Below, piece by piece: positions 57,667 through 64,000 of a DNA stretch of 64,000 bases. A program made the position numbers and the translations under genes. The notes below the pieces were generated by a model. That model ran no database searches and was not told the origin of the DNA. It worked only from the letters and a program-made list of their open reading frames with translations. Numbering within the stretch: position 1 is the first letter of the stretch; each line of letters opens with the position of its first letter. This stretch comes from Clostridia bacterium (lineage in GTDB: Bacteria; Bacillota; Clostridia; Oscillospirales; CAG-272): the NCBI GenBank assembly GCA_017456625.1, contig JAFTJB010000004.1, positions 5,901 through 69,900 of the forward strand, given 5' to 3'.

Positions 57667-59649
57667 ATGGCCGAGAAAAAAACGAGAAAGCGTACGGCAA
57701 AAACTTCCTTGCCCGATCACGGACAGGCAGCGTACTTTTTCCATCAGGGAACGACGTGCAAGGCTTACGAGTATCTCGGGGTACACAAAGAGGGCGTAGA
57801 CTACGCCTTTCGCGTGTGGGCACCGAATGCGGACGAGGTCTGGGTGTGCGGCGATTTTAACGGATGGAAGCCCGATGCGATCCCGATGAAGCGGATTACC
57901 GACAGAGGAATCTGGGAGGCGACCGTCTCAGCGGACGTGCTGGGCGAGGGTGCTGTTTACAAATACCGCATCCGCAACGGAGATAAGGAAATTTATAAAG
58001 CCGATCCGTACGGATACTATATGCAATTGCCGCCCGCCACGGCATCCGTTGTTTGCGATATTGACGGATATCAATGGCGTGACCGCGGTTGGATGAAGTA
58101 CCGCACAGGAAAGTTTGATCGACAATCGGTCATGAAGCAGCCGATGAATATCTACGAGATCCACCCGGGCTCGTGGGTACGCAACGATGAGGGCGAGCCG
58201 CTCACGTATGTCGATCTGGCACGCGAGCTGTCCTCCTACGTCAAGCAAATGGGCTACACGCACGTTGAATTGATGCCCGTTTCGGAGCATCCGTTTGACG
58301 GATCGTGGGGCTATCAGGTCTGCGGATATTATGCACCAACCTCTCGCTTCGGGACTCCAAAGGATTTTATGGAGTTTGTGGATTGTATGCACGAGGCGGG
58401 AATCGGCGTCATATTGGACTGGGTACCCGCACATTTTCCAAAGGACGCGCACGGTCTCTACGAGTTTGACGGACAGCCTTTGTACGAATATCAGGGCTGG
58501 GACCGTATCGAGCACGCGGGCTGGGGCACGAGACGCTTCGACGTCGGCCGCGAGGAGGTGCAAAGCTTTCTGGTCTCCAACGCGTATTATTGGATCGAGA
58601 AATATCACATCGACGGATTGCGTGTAGATGCGGTTGCGTCAATGCTCTATCTCGATTACGATAAGATGCCGGGAGAATGGGTACCGAATGTATACGGAGA
58701 CAACAAGTGCTTGGAGGCGATCGCGTTTTTCCAAAAGCTCAACGGACACCTCGCGCAGGATCATCCGGATGTGATGACCATTGCGGAGGAATCTACCGCG
58801 TTTGCAAACGTGACGGGCTTTGAAAACGGCGGACTCGGATTTTCGCTCAAATGGAACATGGGTTGGATGAACGACTCACTGTTTTATGCCGAGAGAGATC
58901 CGATCTACCGAAAATACGATCACAACAAGCTCACGTTCTCGCTTTCGTACGTTTTCAGCGAGCGCTACGTGCTTCCCATCTCTCACGACGAGGTCGTCCA
59001 CGGCAAAAAGTCGCTCCTCGACCGTATGCCGGGTGATTATTGGCAAAAGTTTGCGGGCACACGCGTGTTCATGACCTATATGATGACGCATCCCGGAAAG
59101 AAGCTTTTGTTCATGGGAAGTGAGATCGGGCAGTTCCGTGAGTGGGATTACGAGGGACAGATCGAGTGGTTCCTCACGGAATACGAGAAGCACGCGCAGA
59201 TCCAGCAGTTCAATGCCGATCTGAATCACTTCTATCTTGCGCATCCCGCGCTGTGGGAGCGTGACGACGGCTGGGAGGGCTTCTCCTGGATCGATGCCGA
59301 CAACGGCGACCAAAGCATTTATTCCTACCGACGCATCGATGCGAGCGGAAACGAATTGATCGTTCTGCTCAACTTTACCCCCGTGGTGCGGGACAACTTC
59401 CTTCTGGCAGTGCCCGCGGACGGTGTGTATGAGGAAATATTCAACTCCGATGCGACCAAGTACGGCGGTAGCGGCGTGATCAACGAGGGACGGTTTGAGA
59501 CCGTGCCCGCAATGCTCCGCGGCTATTCCCGTGCCATCAATATTACCGTTCCTCCGCTCGGCGCGGCGATCTTTCGCAGATTGGCAGAGCCAAAGCCGAA
59601 AAAGAGAGCGGCAAGAACCAAAGGGGCTTCTCAAAAGTCCAAAGCGTAA
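57667..59649 (+). CDS. glgB: 1,4-alpha-glucan branching enzyme
   Basis: 660 aa with GH13 catalytic blocks VILDWVPAHF, GLRVDAVASMLY, IAEESTAF and LPISHDEVVHGK. Confidence 0.93.
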   Translation: MAEKKTRKRTAKTSLPDHGQAAYFFHQGTTCKAYEYLGVHKEGVDYAFRVWAPNADEVWVCGDFNGWKPDAIPMKRITDRGIWEATVSADVLGEGAVYKYRIRNGDKEIYKADPYGYYMQLPPATASVVCDIDGYQWRDRGWMKYRTGKFDRQSVMKQPMNIYEIHPGSWVRNDEGEPLTYVDLARELSSYVKQMGYTHVELMPVSEHPFDGSWGYQVCGYYAPTSRFGTPKDFMEFVDCMHEAGIGVILDWVPAHFPKDAHGLYEFDGQPLYEYQGWDRIEHAGWGTRRFDVGREEVQSFLVSNAYYWIEKYHIDGLRVDAVASMLYLDYDKMPGEWVPNVYGDNKCLEAIAFFQKLNGHLAQDHPDVMTIAEESTAFANVTGFENGGLGFSLKWNMGWMNDSLFYAERDPIYRKYDHNKLTFSLSYVFSERYVLPISHDEVVHGKKSLLDRMPGDYWQKFAGTRVFMTYMMTHPGKKLLFMGSEIGQFREWDYEGQIEWFLTEYEKHAQIQQFNADLNHFYLAHPALWERDDGWEGFSWIDADNGDQSIYSYRRIDASGNELIVLLNFTPVVRDNFLLAVPADGVYEEIFNSDATKYGGSGVINEGRFETVPAMLRGYSRAINITVPPLGAAIFRRLAEPKPKKRAARTKGASQKSKA

Positions 59650-59747
59650 AACACAAAAAGGCAAATACCCCCAATAGCATTCCCCCGAAGATCTATCCCC
59701 AAAGTGAAAACAACAACGATGAATAAATCAGGAGGGCTCACAGAGTT

Positions 59748-60932
59748 ATGTATAAGAAAAAAGAATGTGTTGTCATGTTACTGGCAGGCGGGCAGGGAAG
59801 CCGTTTATACGCATTGACAACCAAGACAGCAAAGCCGTCGGTATCCTTCGGCGGTAAGTACAGAATTATCGATTTTCCCCTTTCCAACTGCACCAATTCG
59901 GGCTTGGATACGGTTGGCGTGCTGACACAGTATCAGCCGCTCTACCTCAACGACTATATCGGCACGGGACTCCCCTGGGATCTTGACCGCACCTTTGGCG
60001 GCGTGAAGATCCTGCCTCCCTATCAGGGACAGAACGGCTCCGACTGGTATAAGGGAACCGCAAATGCGATCTGGCAGAACATGGAGTTCATCAATCGCTA
60101 TGATGCAGAATACGTTCTCATCCTATCGGGTGACCACATCTACAAGATGGATTACGCAAAGATGCTTGATTTCCACAAGAAGAAGGGCGCGGATTGCACC
60201 ATCGCGGTCATCGACGTACCGAAGGAGGAGGCAAGCCGCTTCGGTATCATGAGCGCGAACGAGGACGGCTCGATCTTTAAGTTTACCGAAAAGCCCAAGA
60301 ATCCCGACAGTACCTTGGCATCTATGGGTATCTATATTTTCAACAAGAACAAGCTTCAGAGCTATCTCGAGGCTGACAGCAAGGATCCCGCATCTGCCAA
60401 CGACTTCGGTAAGAACATTATTCCTGCAATGCTTGCAGCAAAGGAGCGTATGTTCGCATATCCTTTCGAGGGATATTGGAAGGACGTCGGAACCATCAGC
60501 TCCCTTTGGGAAGCAAATATGGACCTGCTTGGCGAGAAGCCCACGCTTTCTCTTTCCGATGAGAGCTGGCGCATTTACAGCCGCCAGGAGGCATCTGCAC
60601 CCCAGTATATCGGTGCGAACGCGACCGTTGTCAATTCGACCCTTACCGCGGGCTGTGAGATCTACGGTTCGGTCAAAAACAGCGTGCTTGGCGCGGGTGT
60701 CAAGGTAGAGGCAGGCGCTGTCGTTGAGGATAGTGTACTGATGGAAAACGTCGTAATCAAAGCGGGCGCGGTGGTAAAATACGCCATCCTTGACAGCGGT
60801 GTGTGCATTGGTGCGGGTGCTACGGTCGGTGAGGACCGTGCGACCGCAAACGAGGTCGCTGTTGTCGGCGCGGACGTTGCAGTCCCTGCGGGCAAGGTGA
60901 TCGAAGCCGGCGCCATGATCTCGAAACTGTAA
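59748..60932 (+). CDS. glgC: glucose-1-phosphate adenylyltransferase
   Basis: 394 aa with [39 protein letters not shown] and a C-terminal left-handed beta-helix. Confidence 0.93.
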   Translation: MYKKKECVVMLLAGGQGSRLYALTTKTAKPSVSFGGKYRIIDFPLSNCTNSGLDTVGVLTQYQPLYLNDYIGTGLPWDLDRTFGGVKILPPYQGQNGSDWYKGTANAIWQNMEFINRYDAEYVLILSGDHIYKMDYAKMLDFHKKKGADCTIAVIDVPKEEASRFGIMSANEDGSIFKFTEKPKNPDSTLASMGIYIFNKNKLQSYLEADSKDPASANDFGKNIIPAMLAAKERMFAYPFEGYWKDVGTISSLWEANMDLLGEKPTLSLSDESWRIYSRQEASAPQYIGANATVVNSTLTAGCEIYGSVKNSVLGAGVKVEAGAVVEDSVLMENVVIKAGAVVKYAILDSGVCIGAGATVGEDRATANEVAVVGADVAVPAGKVIEAGAMISKL

Positions 60933-60945
60933 GGAGGGTAAAGCA

Positions 60946-62085
60946 ATGACGACAGCAGGATTGATTTTTTCCAATATTCACGACCAGAGCATTCCCGAAA
61001 TGACGCGTCAGCGTACCATGGCGAGCATCCCCTTCGGTTGCCGCTACCGTCTCGTTGACTTTGCGCTTTCCAATATGGTCAATTCCAATATTACCAACGT
61101 TGGTATCATCACCCACTACAATTACCGTTCTCTGCTCGACCATATCGGTACGGGTAAGGATTGGGATCTTGCACGCCGCTCGGGTGGCATCAAGCTTCTG
61201 CCTCCTTACGTAACCGCGTATGAAAACAACATTGCGGGCAGACTGTACGAGAGCCGTCTCGAGGCGATCGTCAGCGCGGGCAACTTTGTCAACCGTTGCA
61301 ATGCCGATTACATCGTGCTTTCCGATTGCGACGTGATCCTCAACATTGATCTGAACGAGGTCGTAAAGGAGCACATCCGTACGGGTGCGTACGTGACCAT
61401 CGTGACCAAACGCCTCAACACCGCAAATCACCATTTTGACGGAAACGTCGGTGTGGTTTCCATTGAGGAGGATGGCTCGATCGCGGATATTGCAAGCTAC
61501 AAGCCCCAGGATGACACGGGTGAGGTCGATATCAGCACCAATATCGTAGTCATGAGCCGCACGGATCTACAGGCTGTGATCGCAGAGTCGGTTGCGCGCG
61601 GATACAAGGATTTCTGGAAGGATATCGTAGCAAAGCAGATTCCGAACAAGCGTGTTCGTGCATATCGCTTTGACGGTTGGTACGCGTATATCTCCTCTCT
61701 GGAGAGCTACTTTGCAGTTTCCATGCAGCTGCTTGGAGACGACGCACGCCACAACCTCTTCGCACAGCCCAACAGGCAGATCTACACCAAGCTTCGCAAC
61801 AGCGCACCTGTCAAGTATACCGACAACGCGGTCGTTAAGAACAGCCTTGTTGCAGACGGATGTGTGATCGAGGGTACGGTAGAGAATTCCATCCTCTTCC
61901 GCGATGTTCACGTCGGACGCGGTACTGTGGTTCGCAATTCCATCCTTCTTCAGGATTCCTACGTTGGCGCCAACGTCAACCTCAATTGCGTCGTGACCGA
62001 TAAGAACGTCATCATCAAGGATGACCGCAATCTTTCCGGACACGAGACCATGCCCTTCTTCATTGAAAAGGGTACGATGGTATAA
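60946..62085 (+). CDS. glgD: glucose-1-phosphate adenylyltransferase subunit GlgD
   Basis: 379 aa. It is a GlgC paralogue lacking the GGxGxRL loop (MASIPFGCRYRLVDFALSNMVNS) and sits in the Firmicute glgC-glgD position. Confidence 0.88.
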   Translation: MTTAGLIFSNIHDQSIPEMTRQRTMASIPFGCRYRLVDFALSNMVNSNITNVGIITHYNYRSLLDHIGTGKDWDLARRSGGIKLLPPYVTAYENNIAGRLYESRLEAIVSAGNFVNRCNADYIVLSDCDVILNIDLNEVVKEHIRTGAYVTIVTKRLNTANHHFDGNVGVVSIEEDGSIADIASYKPQDDTGEVDISTNIVVMSRTDLQAVIAESVARGYKDFWKDIVAKQIPNKRVRAYRFDGWYAYISSLESYFAVSMQLLGDDARHNLFAQPNRQIYTKLRNSAPVKYTDNAVVKNSLVADGCVIEGTVENSILFRDVHVGRGTVVRNSILLQDSYVGANVNLNCVVTDKNVIIKDDRNLSGHETMPFFIEKGTMV

Positions 62086-62121
62086 ACAAGCAGTATAACC
62101 AAACCTATTGAAGTCTTCAGC

Positions 62122-62250
62122 TCCACTCTCCACGAGAGTGGTTTCCCAAAGCGTCCTGATGATCATGGACGCTTTGGGAAAGGTTCTGAAGGGGAGAGGG
62201 TTTGGGAGAGGGAAAACTCTTCCTTAAAGAGTTTTCCCTCTCCCAAGGTC
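62122..62250 (+). repeat. structured intercistronic element, copy 3 (three stem-loops)
   Basis: Three stems: ccactctc/gagagtgg (62122-62140), tcccaaagcgtcc/gacgctttggga (62144-62178), and a perfect 18-bp stem gggagagggaaaactctt/aagagttttccctctccc (62204-62244). Confidence 0.7.
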
Positions 62251-62297
62251 TTTCCTTTTGGAAACGATCCCAAATAAACATAGAAGGACAGAAAGAA

Positions 62298-63737
62298 ATG
62301 AAAAAGATTTTATTTGTAGGAGCAGAGGCAATGCCCTTTGCAGCCACGGGCGGACTCGGAGACGTTATGGGCTCTCTTCCCGCAGCACTTGCCGAGACGG
62401 GAGACACCGACGTACGCGTCGTTATGCCTCTGTATGCGGCGGTATCGCAGGAGTGGCGCGCGCAAATGAAGCAGGAAGCGGTATTCTACGTTCGTCTTGC
62501 ATGGCGTGAGCAGTACTGCGGCGTGTTCAGCCTACAGAAGTCGGGTGTTACGTATTACTTTATTGATAACGAATACTATTTCGGCAGACCGACTCTGTAC
62601 GGTCATCACGACGACGGTGAGAGATATGCGTATTTCTGCATGGCGGTCATGGAGATGCTGGCGCGCTTGGATTATTATCCCGACGTTCTGCATGCGCACG
62701 ATTGGCAGGCGGCTTTGAGCGTTGTTTATCTCAACTGCATCTACCGCAACCGCGCGGGCTATGAGAAAATTCAGACCGCATTCACCATTCACAACATCGA
62801 GTATCAGGGCATATATGATTTCGCGATCCTCGGAGACGTGTTCTCTCTTGGTGAGAACGAGCATTCTCTTATGGAGCACAGCGGCTGCATCAACCTGATG
62901 AAGGCGGCTGTCGAGTGCGCTGACCGTGTAACCACCGTCAGCCCCCGTTACGCAGAGGAGATCCGTACCGCGGAGTTCGCGCACGGACTTTCCGCATGCC
63001 TGTGCAACAACGCCGGCAAGCTTTGCGGTATTCTCAACGGCATCGACTACGTCTACTACGATCCCAAGAAGGATAAGGCGATCCCCGCAAATTTCTCGTC
63101 TCGCAGCATGGCGGGCAAGGCAGCTTGCAAAAAGGCGCTCCAGGAGGAGACGGGGCTTCCCGTTCGCGAGGACGTTCCCATGCTCTCTATCATCTCCCGT
63201 CTGGCTTCCCATAAGGGACTTGACATCGTAGAGGGCGCGATCGGTCGCTTGGTAGAGGAGAACGACATTCAGCTCGTGATCCTTGGCAAGGGCGAGGCTC
63301 GTTACGAGAGCTTCTTTACCGATCTGCAGGCACGCTTCCCCGATAAGGTGCGCGCGCTCATCACCTATGACCGCGATCTTTCCAAGCGCATTTATGCCGC
63401 AACCGATATCTTCCTCATGCCCTCCAAGAGCGAGCCCTGCGGACTGTCGCAAATGATCGCATCCCGCTACGGCGCGATCCCCGTTGTTCGCGAGACCGGC
63501 GGACTTTACGACTCGATCAAGCCGTTCTGGATGGATAAGAAGACCATGCGTGGCAACGGCTTTACCTTTGCGGACTACTCCGCAGACGTTCTGGCTCGTG
63601 TGACCGAATCCGCGATCGCACTTTACCGTGATCCCGTGCTCTGCAAGAAGCTTGTGAGCAAGATCATGAGAACCGATTTTTCCTGGAAGGCATCCGCAAC
63701 CCAATACATCGCTCTTTATGAGGGCATGCTTTCCTGA
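62298..63737 (+). CDS. glgA: glycogen synthase
   Basis: Start set at the ATG at 62298 (GAAGGA RBS), giving MKKILFVGAEAMPFAATGGLGDVMGSLP, the canonical GlgA N-terminus. The track start at 62202 would translate through the palindromic repeat. Confidence 0.93.
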   Translation: MKKILFVGAEAMPFAATGGLGDVMGSLPAALAETGDTDVRVVMPLYAAVSQEWRAQMKQEAVFYVRLAWREQYCGVFSLQKSGVTYYFIDNEYYFGRPTLYGHHDDGERYAYFCMAVMEMLARLDYYPDVLHAHDWQAALSVVYLNCIYRNRAGYEKIQTAFTIHNIEYQGIYDFAILGDVFSLGENEHSLMEHSGCINLMKAAVECADRVTTVSPRYAEEIRTAEFAHGLSACLCNNAGKLCGILNGIDYVYYDPKKDKAIPANFSSRSMAGKAACKKALQEETGLPVREDVPMLSIISRLASHKGLDIVEGAIGRLVEENDIQLVILGKGEARYESFFTDLQARFPDKVRALITYDRDLSKRIYAATDIFLMPSKSEPCGLSQMIASRYGAIPVVRETGGLYDSIKPFWMDKKTMRGNGFTFADYSADVLARVTESAIALYRDPVLCKKLVSKIMRTDFSWKASATQYIALYEGMLS

Positions 63738-63775
63738 CAACCAGATATCAGTTATACCACGGAGGCACAAAACCA

Positions 63776-64000
63776 ATGAACTACAAACCCAACAGTACGG
63801 AAGTAAAGGAGCTGCTTGAGGGCGTACTGCAACGCCACTTCGGGTGCTCCGCAGCGGAGGCGTCGCGCGATCAGATGTACAAGGCGGCGGCGATCACCGT
63901 TAAGAATATTTTGAGTGATAAGCGCACGGAATACAAAAAGAAGGTCAATGCGGCAGGCGCGAAGCGCGTGTACTATATGTGCATGGAGTTTCTGCTCGGC
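63776..64000 (+). CDS. glgP: glycogen/maltodextrin phosphorylase (5' part only; continues beyond the window)
   Basis: Manual translation from the ATG at 63776 (GGAGG 10 nt upstream) gives MNYKPNSTEVKELLEGVLQRHFG...AGAKRVYYMCMEFLLG. The YY.S.EFL.G block is the N-terminal hallmark of alpha-glucan phosphorylases. It lies at the end of the glg operon. Confidence 0.8.
   Translation, partial: MNYKPNSTEVKELLEGVLQRHFGCSAAEASRDQMYKAAAITVKNILSDKRTEYKKKVNAAGAKRVYYMCMEFLLG

Noticed and set aside
62202-62297. 32-aa N-terminal extension of glgA (MGEGKLFLKEFSLSQG...)
   Set aside because: It would be translated from the palindromic repeat. The canonical GlgA N-terminus MKKILFVGAE starts at 62298 with its own RBS. 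A mirror-image spurious ORF (39458..39700) arises from the other repeat copy.

Overview
This window is the origin-proximal region of a Firmicute (Clostridia-like) chromosome with mid-range GC and AT-rich intergenic DNA. The core is dnaA-dnaN-recF-remB(DUF370)-gyrB-mreC-mreD-gyrA on the minus strand. A dense DnaA-box cluster in the 524-bp dnaA-dnaN spacer marks oriC. The left end carries yybS-gdpP-rplI-dnaB-tilS-hpt on the minus strand. An 11.6-kb plus-strand block runs alr, AraC, ahcY, mnmG, rsmG, two parS sites, soj, spo0J, serS and two more genes. To the right of dnaA lie copA, an ABC pair (predicted catalytically dead ATPase plus a GldF-GldG fusion permease) and the glycogen operon glgB-glgC-glgD-glgA-glgP. 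Accessory genes are interspersed: three AraC regulators next to GH2, GH35 and GH43 hydrolases, a cytoplasmic BspA-type LRR protein, an acyl-ACP thioesterase, an SGNH hydrolase, a probable cobalamin riboswitch ahead of a DUF4430 lipoprotein and an ECF-S-like protein, and a 2387-aa surface protein. I found no rRNA, tRNA, CRISPR array, transposase, integrase, prophage or recognisable defence system. The observations most worth follow-up are listed here.
- A three-copy family of structured intercistronic hairpin elements with compensatory stem changes.
- The degenerate ABC ATPase paired with the GldFG fusion.
- The oriC architecture, with tandem boxes next to TAG/TAA trios.
- The paired parS sites.
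- The giant protein and its leader.
- The many long antisense shadow ORFs, which are explained by avoidance of TTA/CTA/TCA codons.
All calls come from reading the sequence and motif recall; no database search was run.
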